Virus record (IMG/VR): IMGVR_UViG_3300015608_002982
Location: 25,286 to 89,285 of that record
Strand: one strand, 5' to 3'
Source: a virus
Lineage: Duplodnaviria; Caudoviricetes
Length of the DNA: 64,000 bases
A program made the position numbers and the translations under genes. A model generated the notes under the pieces. It was not told where the DNA came from. It did not search any database and saw nothing but the letters and a program-made list of their open reading frames with translations. Below are positions 37,334 to 47,027 of the stretch, piece by piece (the first letter of the stretch is position 1; the number at the start of each line of letters is the position of its first letter).

Positions 37334-37773
37334 TTTGATATTTTGTTTAGTATAAAGCTATATGTATCTATGTGTAGATAAAAATGATTAACTACCAAGT
37401 ACAAATATAACGATATCTTTACTAAAAGAAAAAGAAATAATGATATTTTGTAAAATATTGTCCATTTAATCGGCTTTAATATCCAGTTTAATATAAATGA
37501 TAATGATAAAAGAAAGCCAAAAATATACCAATTGTGTGTAAATAATCCAATAAATACCCAAAATAGTTCAAATAGTGATAGTATGTGATAAGCTTCAATT
37601 ATAGAATATTCCTTCTTAGTTCTAAACTCTCTTCTATTGGGTTTTTTACCTATTACTTTTTCATACTTTTCTTTCCATTCTTTTATTGAATAGATTTTAC
37701 CAAATCTTACAGTACTTGATAATGTTGATAGTAGTACTAAAATTCCTATTGCGTAATATATAGTTGCTAACAT
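37330..37773 (-). CDS. Multi-pass membrane protein
   Basis: About four hydrophobic segments. Confidence 0.55.
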   Translation of the reverse strand: MLATIYYAIGILVLLSTLSSTVRFGKIYSIKEWKEKYEKVIGKKPNRREFRTKKEYSIIEAYHILSLFELFWVFIGLFTHNWYIFGFLLSLSFILNWILKPIKWTIFYKISLFLFLLVKISLYLYLVVNHFYLHIDTYSFILNKISK

Positions 37774-37794
37774 ATGTTTTATATCTATTAAAAA

Positions 37795-37824
37795 TCTGTT
37801 TGTTTCTTTTTTAAAACAAACAGA
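37795..37824. other. Inverted repeat between divergent genes
   Basis: TCTGTTTGTTT / AAACAAACAGA 11-bp arms. Confidence 0.4.
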
Positions 37825-37870
37825 AGATGTAAATAATTATATATAGATAATAAAATTAATTGACAATTAA

Positions 37871-40585
37871 ATGGCATCTACACCTCTTTATAAATTTTTA
37901 AAGTCAAACGGAACATCATTCTATGCTTTTCCAGGTGCGGCTGAAGATATATCAGCAGCTTATCAGAATTCAAACTACAAGATGTATTTTTCAAAATTTG
38001 TCTTGTTAAATTTCCCTAAGCAAAATTTGACATCGGGTACAATGTCAAACCCTATTGTTTTTGACTTTGATGGTTCATTTCAAAAATCAGTTAATGCGAC
38101 ACCTCCAGGTACTTTTAATGAGTCTATAATAGAATCTCTAAGAAACTATGTAGCTAATCATGAAGTTGTAATGAGAGAAAGTAGATTAAACAATACTAAG
38201 TATTATTATGATACTAATGCTTTAGAAACACCTACTGAGAAAATATTCTTTAAATGGGCTAAAAAGTTGAATCTTATTGACTTTGAACCTGCTATTCCAG
38301 ATGATGAGTATTTCAGTAATCTTAAAGAGTTCGAAAGAGGAAATATAAATGATGATGCTTATTTTCCAGAATATTTATGGAAGGAAAGAGAAGTTATTTC
38401 TTGGGATGCTATTTCTTTTTATCAAAGTGGTGTTTCTGGATATGGCACTAACTTAGAAGTTGAGTTTGCTGGTACTACAAATTTTAAAGTAGGTGATAAA
38501 GTAAGAATATTTAATGTTAGTAACTCTGCAATTTATTCTGATCCAGGTTTAGCTGGTTCAAATACTGTAGATGGTATTCAGACTGATGTTCTTTATATAA
38601 CACCAGCTGGTGCTACACAAGGTCAAAAAATAGTATTTGATATAAATACTACAATTTCTCAACAGTTTGAAACTACTGGTCAAATAGAATTGGTTTATAA
38701 CAGATTTGTTCAATATATTGGTGAGATTACAGGTATATCAAATGTACAAGAAGCAAATAGAAACTATACTGAAGTACATGCTCATATTCCTGATCATACC
38801 GGTGCTACACCCGATGTTTTATTTAGAACTATGGTTGATGTTAATTATAAACCAAACTTAACATTTCCAATATTACCAAGTCAATATCAACCTGAAATTT
38901 TAGGTGCTGAGTTATTCAGTTCTCCAATTGTTAGCTCTCCTCAAAATTATCCGGGTTCTTATTTTGCACAATTTGACACTCCTGACTTTACATACGAAAC
39001 ATCTACTGGTGATTCAGTTAGAAGAAGTGGTGATTACTATGGAGTTGGTGGTGATATTAATAATCCAATAATTAATAGTGATACTTTAGATGGTATAGGC
39101 TTAGATTTCAATACAAGTCACTATGTTAAAATGAATATTTTTAATAAGGTATTAACTAATTTTGATCAATTTAATGCTTTAGAGGTTAATAACCAACCAC
39201 CTTCTGATTTTGAGTTTAATGCTATTTTGTGGTATTATACTGTTCAGAAAGTTGATTTAACTGGTGCAGTTACCACTAAGACAAATCTTTATGGTATTTC
39301 ATTTTTAGATAACCCAGATAACAACCCTATAGAAACTGAAATGGGTCTTAGATTCCCAGTTTATCATAAATTAGTTTCAAATGGATTACAAGATGGTACA
39401 TCTTATGCTTATAGTTTGAATTTAAATTTTAATATTATAAATGATAATCCACAACAAGCTTATAATCCAGAAGCGATAAATTCATTATTTAGTATGAATT
39501 TATTTAATCAAGCAATGAGTAGATTATCTGCAACTAATGACAGTTTCTTAAATTTAATTAATGAACAAGGTGTATTGAAAGATCAAGTTGATGCCTTAAA
39601 ACAATTATTATACACACAAACAGATATCTCAACTATAAATGCCAAGATTTCAAATCTTGAAAATTTATTAAGGCTATATTCAACAAACCAAATAGTTAGT
39701 TCTAACAGTATAGACGCTGTAACTAATCCAGGTACTCCAGTAACTATTTCTTTATATAACAAAGAAACATCATATAGTGTTATTAGTAACATCAAAACAA
39801 CTGACTTATATTCATCAACTGGTATAATTCCATTGAACTACTCAGTACCTACTAATAAAAACTTCTTACTAAACATTGTAAATAATGATGAGGTTAATTT
39901 AACACTTTCTAATAATGACAAATTGACTATAGTTTTAAGTAATGATTTAGATTACAAGCAAAGTGTTGATATTTTAATAACAGGTACGCCACAGGCTTCT
40001 CAGAATAAAAAGTTAGATATCTACATTGATACTACTATTCCTTCTACGACTACTACATCATTAACAACAACTCAAGCTTTGTTAATTGGTGATATTGATT
40101 TACCTATTTTCTATAATAATGTTAGTTCATTGGTAAATTCAGCTTATTTATGGTCTGACTTTAAGTTTGATATTGATTTTAATCAAACTATACAATATAC
40201 ATTAGGTAATGTACTTGAAGTTCCTTTAAGTGGTAATCAATTAATTATTAATAATTCTATTAAAGTAGGAGATACATTAATGTTGAATAATTTATTTGTA
40301 GGAACATCTTCTGTATTTAATTTCTCAGGTCAATATAAAGTAGATTCATTAGTTGGTTCAACTAGTTCTTATATTAGATTGAATCTTGAGAGTAATCCAG
40401 ACTTTATTGCATATGGATCATCTGCCTCACTACCACTTTATATACATGGTACAAATTCTACAATGCTTTCAAACAAGCCTTACTTTAGTTTGAATAAAGG
40501 AAAGAAAATTAAAATTACAAGAATTAATTCTGGTGATGTATCGATTTCTGAAAAATATCAAATAGAAGTTCAAGATATAAAATAA
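37871..40585 (+). CDS. Large probable virion structural protein
   Basis: 904 aa, beta-rich, N/T/S-rich, FKVGDKVRI-type modules, short coiled coil; TTATATATA at 37837-37845. Confidence 0.5.
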   Translation: MASTPLYKFLKSNGTSFYAFPGAAEDISAAYQNSNYKMYFSKFVLLNFPKQNLTSGTMSNPIVFDFDGSFQKSVNATPPGTFNESIIESLRNYVANHEVVMRESRLNNTKYYYDTNALETPTEKIFFKWAKKLNLIDFEPAIPDDEYFSNLKEFERGNINDDAYFPEYLWKEREVISWDAISFYQSGVSGYGTNLEVEFAGTTNFKVGDKVRIFNVSNSAIYSDPGLAGSNTVDGIQTDVLYITPAGATQGQKIVFDINTTISQQFETTGQIELVYNRFVQYIGEITGISNVQEANRNYTEVHAHIPDHTGATPDVLFRTMVDVNYKPNLTFPILPSQYQPEILGAELFSSPIVSSPQNYPGSYFAQFDTPDFTYETSTGDSVRRSGDYYGVGGDINNPIINSDTLDGIGLDFNTSHYVKMNIFNKVLTNFDQFNALEVNNQPPSDFEFNAILWYYTVQKVDLTGAVTTKTNLYGISFLDNPDNNPIETEMGLRFPVYHKLVSNGLQDGTSYAYSLNLNFNIINDNPQQAYNPEAINSLFSMNLFNQAMSRLSATNDSFLNLINEQGVLKDQVDALKQLLYTQTDISTINAKISNLENLLRLYSTNQIVSSNSIDAVTNPGTPVTISLYNKETSYSVISNIKTTDLYSSTGIIPLNYSVPTNKNFLLNIVNNDEVNLTLSNNDKLTIVLSNDLDYKQSVDILITGTPQASQNKKLDIYIDTTIPSTTTTSLTTTQALLIGDIDLPIFYNNVSSLVNSAYLWSDFKFDIDFNQTIQYTLGNVLEVPLSGNQLIINNSIKVGDTLMLNNLFVGTSSVFNFSGQYKVDSLVGSTSSYIRLNLESNPDFIAYGSSASLPLYIHGTNSTMLSNKPYFSLNKGKKIKITRINSGDVSISEKYQIEVQDIK

Positions 40586-40600
40586 AGTGTCTTTAGATTT

Positions 40601-40609
40601 TAATATATA
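40601..40609 (+). promoter_or_regulatory. TAATATATA phage promoter motif
   Basis: 21 nt upstream of ATG 40631. Confidence 0.55.
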
Positions 40610-40630
40610 AGTTAAAATAAAAAGATACAT

Positions 40631-41776
40631 ATGTCGGTTGGATGTTCAGCTAATTTATTTGGAGCAAAAAGTCAATTTATAAAAACCAACGGAGGTGATT
40701 TCGTAGCTGTAGATGGTTCAGGTGTTAGAGAAAGACTTATATTGTCTGATTTAAGAATCCCTTATAAACAAATTTTAAAAAGTAGAGTTATACTTAAAAC
40801 TGGTCAAGCAAACTACTTGCTTAATCATTTAGGATTAGGAGATAATGCTACCTTTCTTTGTATAAAAGCTGTATATGATCCTAAGTCTGTTATTGAAGCT
40901 GATAATTATATTAATTGGAGTTATTATGATGACTTGACTAGAATCAATCACTTTGCTGACATGATGGTACTTACTGGTAATTCAACTAATAGAATTCCTC
41001 AACTTTATTTAACAAATCCAAGTACTAAGTATCCAGTTTATTTAGATGTTATGGTTGCTGTTATAGATGATTCTTATTCAATATTCACTGATGTGTTAAA
41101 TCAGTCAGGAACATCTTTTGTTGGTTTAGAATATACAGATATACATAGTCATGTTGTTGGCTCATCTATCGTTATAAATGATAAAAGTTCACCAGTTAAA
41201 CCTTTGATTTATATTAATCTAAGTGATGTTAATTCTATTCAAATAAGTGGTAAAATATTAATATTAGATGATTCAAGTAGAGGATCTTTATTTCTACAAT
41301 TTTTAACAGAAAATGATGCTTATCAAGCACATTCTCTAATAAACTATGTACTTGAAAATCCTAATGTTGATATTGATTCATTATCACCGGTTAGTGATAA
41401 CTTAGACCCTATTCTTTATTTTTATCAAACTGCTGGTGTTGGTGGTGATTATATATCACTTGATGGAGCTACATATGGAGTTCCTTATGACACAAGTGAA
41501 GGATTAACATTCTCTACTAGTATATCATTATCAACATATGGTACTGCTAGTGGTTATATAGACAAGTCTCAATTAATTTACTTATTAGTTGATTACATAC
41601 AAGATAATAGAGATGGTTATATGTATATGATGCCTTCAAATTTAATTATTTCAGGTACAGCAGGTACAGTCGATAGAATTTTAACTACAGGTACTTATTC
41701 ATTAACATTTGACTTTTCTGATATAGCACATAACTATTTAGATGGAGTTAATTTGAACTTAACTATAACTAACTAA
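40631..41776 (+). CDS. Probable virion structural protein
   Basis: 381 aa beta-rich ORF in the structural block. Confidence 0.45.
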   Translation: MSVGCSANLFGAKSQFIKTNGGDFVAVDGSGVRERLILSDLRIPYKQILKSRVILKTGQANYLLNHLGLGDNATFLCIKAVYDPKSVIEADNYINWSYYDDLTRINHFADMMVLTGNSTNRIPQLYLTNPSTKYPVYLDVMVAVIDDSYSIFTDVLNQSGTSFVGLEYTDIHSHVVGSSIVINDKSSPVKPLIYINLSDVNSIQISGKILILDDSSRGSLFLQFLTENDAYQAHSLINYVLENPNVDIDSLSPVSDNLDPILYFYQTAGVGGDYISLDGATYGVPYDTSEGLTFSTSISLSTYGTASGYIDKSQLIYLLVDYIQDNRDGYMYMMPSNLIISGTAGTVDRILTTGTYSLTFDFSDIAHNYLDGVNLNLTITN

Positions 41777-41796
41777 AAAATATACAAAATGAGATA

Positions 41797-42825
41797 ATGA
41801 GTTTTACTTATAATAAATTTTTAAGACCTCTAACAATATCAGATACTAATATTCAGATATTAGATGATAGTGGTGTTATAGTTTATACTATTAACCCATT
41901 TGCGGTATCATCACCTATAATATCAAATAATTTACTTAAAGTAAACTTTAAGAATGGTAAAATAATAACAATAAATTTTTCATCAACTAATGAGGCAAAG
42001 TTGGCGTTAAGTAGAATACAAGCTCAAATTGATGAACTTTTAGGTAGAACTCCTTTAATTATTGATAAACAAATAAAGAATTACATTGATAGTGTTGTAG
42101 GTAGTAATAATGAACTTTCTGAAATTTTAACAAATGGAAGAGATGTTGATTCTATTGGTGATATAAATGATGTTGATTCAAATAGCTCTATTAATTTGAA
42201 TTCCAGAGTTTTATACAACTCAAATGGTTCAGAGATTTTAGGATGGTCAGCTAGTTCAGATCAAGGTCTAGTATACTTAAATGATTATTCTGCTAACTTT
42301 GTTACACAATCTTTAGTTGATAAAAACTATGTAGATTCTGGAACAAATTCTATCTGGACATATATTTATGATAATGAAAAAACATTTGTAAGTGGGTTAG
42401 AAACAAATGGAAATACTATTAGTTTAGGTGGTACAGTTTCTAATAACTTAATATTAAATGGTTCTGGATATGACATGATGTTTACAGAATTTGATAATAT
42501 GGTTTTTACAAGTTCTGTTTATGATGTTGTTTCCGATTTTATTAGTTTAGATTCTACTGATTCTATTCAAATATTGGCTCAGGCAGATTTAGGATTTGAT
42601 GCCGGTGGTCAACTATCTATATCTGCTAGCAGTAGTTCTATTTCTATTAATGATGGTAAAGGTTTAGTTTATCAATCAGATTATTCTTCTGGATTTGTTA
42701 ATAGATCTTTATGGTATGTTCAAAACGAAGGAACAATATCTTATAGAAGAATGGATGGTGAATCAAAAACTCTTAAAATTCACTGGGGTGCTAAAGTATT
42801 CTATGGTAATGAGTTATATGACTAA
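41797..42825 (+). CDS. Probable tail-fibre-like protein
   Basis: GLVYxxDYSxxFVxxSL(VDKNYVD) repeated twice; S/N/D-rich. Confidence 0.45.
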   Translation: MSFTYNKFLRPLTISDTNIQILDDSGVIVYTINPFAVSSPIISNNLLKVNFKNGKIITINFSSTNEAKLALSRIQAQIDELLGRTPLIIDKQIKNYIDSVVGSNNELSEILTNGRDVDSIGDINDVDSNSSINLNSRVLYNSNGSEILGWSASSDQGLVYLNDYSANFVTQSLVDKNYVDSGTNSIWTYIYDNEKTFVSGLETNGNTISLGGTVSNNLILNGSGYDMMFTEFDNMVFTSSVYDVVSDFISLDSTDSIQILAQADLGFDAGGQLSISASSSSISINDGKGLVYQSDYSSGFVNRSLWYVQNEGTISYRRMDGESKTLKIHWGAKVFYGNELYD

Positions 42826-42846
42826 AAATAAAAATAAATTAAAAAT

Positions 42847-43641
42847 ATGGCAAGAGTAAGAAGAATAGTAGTTAGTCAGGTTGAAGGTGACTATTCAAAT
42901 GATTCAGATAAAAGACCTAATGGTGAAATTGCACTCTATGATGATAATAATGGTGGATTTGACTTAGTTATTCACGATGGTGTTAATGGCACATCCGATA
43001 ATAAAATTCTTGGTAAAGGAAAATTTTATGGACATGGTGCTGATAGTGGCGATGGGAATGGATATAATACTATAAAATTGATACCGGATACTAATCTATT
43101 TGGTAATGATCAATACATTATTGTAGATCCTACAGTACCTGGTCATATTCATTTAAGAGCCGGTGGTCAGATTGATAATTCCAATGCTTATTTATATTTA
43201 GGTGGTGAAAAGTATCATGTAAGGATTGATGATAATAGTTCTGTTACTATGACTGCAGAATCTGGTATAGAAAATCCAAATCCTGGTGATTTACTGCGTA
43301 CTAACTTTTCTGTAATGAGTGGTCAAGTAAGTATATCATACATTGAAAAAGATGCTTTTGGTGGAGAAGATGTTAGATTTCAATGGGACTTTCATCCGGA
43401 TTCGGGGTTAATTCAATTACCTTTTAATGGTGGTGGTATACAATTTGGTGATGAAACTGTACAAAATACAGCTTGGACAGGTGGTAGAGTTGTTGTATCA
43501 CCTACTAGTAGTGTTGGTATTAGTGGTGACTTACAAGGTGACTTAGCATTTAGTTCAGATTATATCTACTATTGTACACAAAACTATGATAGTTCTACAA
43601 ATATCTGGAAAAGAATTGCTTGGAGCAACGATACTTGGTAA
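42847..43641 (+). CDS. Probable tail-fibre-associated protein
   Basis: C-terminal PTSSVGISGDLQGDLAFSSDYIYYC...WKRIAW module typical of phage fibre proteins. Confidence 0.5.
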   Translation: MARVRRIVVSQVEGDYSNDSDKRPNGEIALYDDNNGGFDLVIHDGVNGTSDNKILGKGKFYGHGADSGDGNGYNTIKLIPDTNLFGNDQYIIVDPTVPGHIHLRAGGQIDNSNAYLYLGGEKYHVRIDDNSSVTMTAESGIENPNPGDLLRTNFSVMSGQVSISYIEKDAFGGEDVRFQWDFHPDSGLIQLPFNGGGIQFGDETVQNTAWTGGRVVVSPTSSVGISGDLQGDLAFSSDYIYYCTQNYDSSTNIWKRIAWSNDTW

Positions 43642-43656
43642 TTTAATATATACATT

Positions 43657-44622
43657 ATGATTAAAAGATATTTAGATTTTATAAAAGAAGATTTTAATGA
43701 TTTCCATACACTTGGTGAATGGATTGAATCATTAATAGATGATGAATACATTAGAAATATTGTAGCTCGTTATACTAAAGATTCTGATGCTTCTGTTGAT
43801 TTATCAAATGCTATAAATATCTTAGATGATAAAACTAAACAAGAGATAAAATCTCAAGTGGATCACTACTTAGAAAATGGTATAGAAGAAAAAGAACCTC
43901 AGTTTTTAGTTTCAACTGATATTGAATCTTTAACTGAGTCTTTATCTGATGAAATAACAATTGCAGGTAAAGGAATATTTACATCATTTTTAAAATCACT
44001 AACAGGTTTAGGTCAAAAAGAAGGACAACCTAACTGGGATAAATGTCCAGAAGAGTTTTTATTCTACTACTATTATCCTAATATTCAGTCTGAGGTTTTA
44101 AAGCAAATATTTTCAAGATTTAAATCATTATCAAGATATATCGATTTGATAGATTATCAAAAGAATGAAGTTGACTTGTATTTTGGTGTTAGATGTGATG
44201 GTGAATTTGAATATGGTTTACATTATGAGAATAATCAACCAATTGGTAGATTTAAATTATCACAATCCACTATTAAATGGATATGCCAGTTAGATTCTAA
44301 ATCTGCATCTTCTTTGAAAAAAGAATTGGTTAATTTAACATATGCTGATATTTTAACACTTGGTAGAATTAAATCGGAAATGTCTACTTTTCAACCAGGA
44401 TATTATGAAAAGAAATTATCACCAACTGTAAAAGATAAAGTAATATCATTTGGATATTATGGAATCGGTAGATGGGATAATGGTAAATTAGACGAAGGTG
44501 AGTTTCAAAATATTAAAAATAACTTTACTACTTGGTTACTTTCAAAAAGATGGGGTAATAAAGTATTAATCAGTGTTAAACCAATGTCTTTTTGGGTTTA
44601 CTTACATATAAAATTAAAATAA
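43657..44622 (+). CDS. Putative virion internal protein (CTS-like N-terminus)
   Basis: MIKRYLDFIKE; TAATATATA at 43644-43652. Confidence 0.6.
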   Translation: MIKRYLDFIKEDFNDFHTLGEWIESLIDDEYIRNIVARYTKDSDASVDLSNAINILDDKTKQEIKSQVDHYLENGIEEKEPQFLVSTDIESLTESLSDEITIAGKGIFTSFLKSLTGLGQKEGQPNWDKCPEEFLFYYYYPNIQSEVLKQIFSRFKSLSRYIDLIDYQKNEVDLYFGVRCDGEFEYGLHYENNQPIGRFKLSQSTIKWICQLDSKSASSLKKELVNLTYADILTLGRIKSEMSTFQPGYYEKKLSPTVKDKVISFGYYGIGRWDNGKLDEGEFQNIKNNFTTWLLSKRWGNKVLISVKPMSFWVYLHIKLK

Positions 44623-44625
44623 GAT

Positions 44626-44937
44626 ATGAAATACTTAAAGAAATTTAACGAAAATCAAGAACAACAAGATCCTGTATTTGCTTTAACTAAAATTAAAGAA
44701 GAATACTCTGATAATAAAGTTAAAGAAATGTTAGAAAAAGAGATTAAACAGTGGATTCCAGATGAGAACGATCCAGACTTTTATTCTACTTCAGGAAATG
44801 GCGAAGCTGAGGATGTGATTATTAATCAACTTATTGGTTGGTTTGAAAAAAAGTATTATTCTTTGTCTGATGAAAACTTTGAAGAGGTTAAAAGTTTAAT
44901 TCTTAAAGACTATGAGTTCTTAAACTTTAACTACTAA
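44626..44937 (+). CDS. Putative virion internal protein (CTS-like N-terminus)
   Basis: MKYLKKFNE start. Confidence 0.6.
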   Translation: MKYLKKFNENQEQQDPVFALTKIKEEYSDNKVKEMLEKEIKQWIPDENDPDFYSTSGNGEAEDVIINQLIGWFEKKYYSLSDENFEEVKSLILKDYEFLNFNY

Positions 44938-44948
44938 ACTAAAAACAG

Positions 44949-44978
44949 AAACTTTTCTATAACAAGAAAAGTTTTTTT
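44949..44978 (+). terminator. Probable intrinsic terminator
   Basis: AAACTTTTCT-ATAACA-AGAAAAGTTT followed by TTTT; weak AT-rich stem. Confidence 0.45.
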
Positions 44979-44982
44979 GTTT

Positions 44983-45423
44983 ATGGAAAAACCAAGTAAA
45001 GAAGATATAATGAAAAAGTGGGCACCTATTTTAGGTTCTATGGGTATGACCGGCTCACAATTAGATAACTTATCACAGTTAGCCGAAAATCAATCAAATG
45101 AAATATTAAAAGAAAATACACAAGCATCTGAGTTTCCAAGTATATTACCAATTGCTATGCGAGTAGCCGCTAAAACAATATCAAATGACTTAATATTTGC
45201 TTCACAAGAAGAAATTGATGAAGTTAAAAAGAAAGTCCAGTCTGAAAATCGTGATGGTAAAATTGAAGCTATTATCGAAGGTGGTGAGTTTGTTGAAAAG
45301 AAGTTAGAAGATGATGAAGAGTATAAAGAACTGATGAAGAAAGGTGTTACACCAATGTCTGGGCCATCTGGTACATTATTTTATTTAGATTATAAATATG
45401 GAAAAGACGAAGACAATATTTAA
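44983..45423 (+). CDS. Truncated T4 gp23 (major capsid)-like protein with inserted RDGKIEAII tag
   Basis: KEDIMKKWAPIL, LAENQ, ILPIAMRVAAKTISNDL, GVTPMSGPSGTLFYLDYKYGKD align to gp23 N-terminal motifs; start refined to ATG 44983. Confidence 0.75.
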   Translation: MEKPSKEDIMKKWAPILGSMGMTGSQLDNLSQLAENQSNEILKENTQASEFPSILPIAMRVAAKTISNDLIFASQEEIDEVKKKVQSENRDGKIEAIIEGGEFVEKKLEDDEEYKELMKKGVTPMSGPSGTLFYLDYKYGKDEDNI

Positions 45424-45589
45424 GAGTCCTGGTGTTTATGTAACCGAAAAAGACATAAATGTTATGATTATTCATAAAAGATATCAAAGAAGAATTAAGA
45501 TAGGTAAGATATTTGATATTGAAGTTTCTAATAAGGTAATTATAACATCTACACCAAAAGGCACATCAAACTTTCCACAAATCTGGTGA
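45398..45589 (+). CDS. 63-aa chimeric peptide: tail-sheath-like N-terminus + tag + terminase motif III-like C-terminus
   Basis: FKSPGVYVTEKD; QRRIKIGKIF; KVIITSTPKGTSNFPQIW. Confidence 0.6.
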   Translation: MEKTKTIFKSPGVYVTEKDINVMIIHKRYQRRIKIGKIFDIEVSNKVIITSTPKGTSNFPQIW

Positions 45590-45605
45590 TGAAAACATGT
45601 TAGGG

Positions 45606-45614
45606 TAATATATA
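45606..45614 (+). promoter_or_regulatory. TAATATATA phage promoter motif
   Basis: 5 nt upstream of ATG 45620. Confidence 0.55.
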
Positions 45615-45619
45615 CTCTA

Positions 45620-45955
45620 ATGACAAATGTTTATTTAATATGTGCAGAATTTGAAGGTAGAAGACTGTATAAGATAGGTTACACAAGACGTGATGTCTCT
45701 AAAAGAGTTAAAGAGTTAAAGACTGGAAATGGTTCTGACTTATACATTATAAACTTTTTTAAGTCTAAATGGGGAACTAAAATTGAGGCACAATTACATA
45801 GAACATTTAAAAATAAAAAAATAAATGGTGAGTGGTTTGATTTAACCGATGAAGATGTAAAGTCTTTTATGGAAAAATGTAAATTAACACACGATATGTT
45901 AGAGTTAATAACTACTAACAACACTTACTATTTAGAAACTGGTAAACTATATTAA
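45620..45955 (+). CDS. T5orf172/MUG113-type GIY-YIG-superfamily protein
   Basis: YKIGYT...KRVKELKTGN, IEAQLHRTF, INGEWFDL. Confidence 0.8.
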   Translation: MTNVYLICAEFEGRRLYKIGYTRRDVSKRVKELKTGNGSDLYIINFFKSKWGTKIEAQLHRTFKNKKINGEWFDLTDEDVKSFMEKCKLTHDMLELITTNNTYYLETGKLY

Positions 45956-45991
45956 TAAATAAAATATAAATAAAAAATAAAACTTTCAAAT

Positions 45992-46264
45992 ATGAGCTCA
46001 ATGAAAGAAATGGCAATCAGAGATTACATCTCAAAAATCGATTTCAAACACGATGATTGGAAAGTATCAACTATAAAAGAAGATATGAGAAGATTCTTAG
46101 GTGAAGAACCAGGATTAGATATCATCTATAAGAAAGATGTTATGGTAAATGAATTTACTGGTGAGTCTAAAGAATTTTTAGATATTGATAAAATACAAAT
46201 AATCTTTACTGATACTGACGATAAGTTTAAAAAGTTAGAATTTATCTTAGGTGAAAATATCTAA
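45992..46264 (+). CDS. Hypothetical protein
   Basis: 90-aa ORF in operon. Confidence 0.6.
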   Translation: MSSMKEMAIRDYISKIDFKHDDWKVSTIKEDMRRFLGEEPGLDIIYKKDVMVNEFTGESKEFLDIDKIQIIFTDTDDKFKKLEFILGENI

Positions 46265-46267
46265 TAT

Positions 46268-46633
46268 ATGAACGAAGAATCTAAAATAATAACCGCTGAT
46301 ATTGTAGATTACTTAGGTAAGTATGAGAATGGTGTTCTTGTACTATTATCTATTGGCTACAAAGATACATTTACAGAAGGAACAATATACTATTCTGATG
46401 AAATGTTAGCATTAACTGTAGATGAATCTATAGAACAGGATCTTGGAACACCTATTGAATTATGGGATGGCTACCGAGATTTACTTATTTCTATACTTAA
46501 AAAAGTAGTACCTTATAACGAAATAATCAATAGATTAGATGAGATCGACTTTGCTGATTACTTTAAAGATAAAGATGAGGATACTCAGGTTGGTGAAGAT
46601 ATAGATAATAGTGATATTAAACAACCTGAGTAA
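46268..46633 (+). CDS. Hypothetical acidic protein
   Basis: 121-aa ORF in operon. Confidence 0.6.
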   Translation: MNEESKIITADIVDYLGKYENGVLVLLSIGYKDTFTEGTIYYSDEMLALTVDESIEQDLGTPIELWDGYRDLLISILKKVVPYNEIINRLDEIDFADYFKDKDEDTQVGEDIDNSDIKQPE

Positions 46634-46742
46634 GCGCACTCCTTACATTCTATTTTTTCTAATATACACATTTTTTGCAAATTTTCATAACAAATTAAAA
46701 TATTTTAACTATAACTATATATTAAAAAATAACAAACATGTA

Positions 46743-47027
46743 ATGATAATAAGTGAGATATGTATAAGAGGCTTTAAATCTTTTGGTAATAATGAGTCCG
46801 TTCTGAAATTAAATACTGAAAAAGGAGAATTGATTCTTCTTGTGGGAAATAACGGAGCCGGAAAATCACTCATTCCTACTACTGAGATTGAGGTTGAAAT
46901 TAATTTAGAAAATCTAAAATTAAAGGATTTTAATAATTTTTTGGAAATAATGGGGAGGGAAAGGATATATATTGAATATATAAAAGAAAATAACTATTCA
47001 CTATATGAGCAATATATTAATCAATGA
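46743..47027 (+). CDS. sbcC: gp46/SbcC N-extein (41 aa, to Walker A Lys) fused to split-intein N-fragment (46866..47027)
   Basis: MIISEICIRGFKSFGN...LVGNNGAGK then intein block A-like SLIPTTEIEV; start refined to ATG 46743. Confidence 0.8.
   Translation: MIISEICIRGFKSFGNNESVLKLNTEKGELILLVGNNGAGKSLIPTTEIEVEINLENLKLKDFNNFLEIMGRERIYIEYIKENNYSLYEQYINQ

Noticed and set aside
37754-37762. TAATATATA inside the start of ORF 37330..37773
   Set aside because: Lies on the antisense strand within coding sequence about 110 nt from the next plus-strand start; likely a chance match in AT-rich DNA
46611-46742. Extended N-terminus of the gp46 N-fragment in the ORF track (similarly upstream extensions at 9521, 10767, 15654, 18562, 19124, 44977, 52528, 63492)
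   Set aside because: Extensions cross promoter motifs or overlap upstream genes; internal ATGs match family N-termini better
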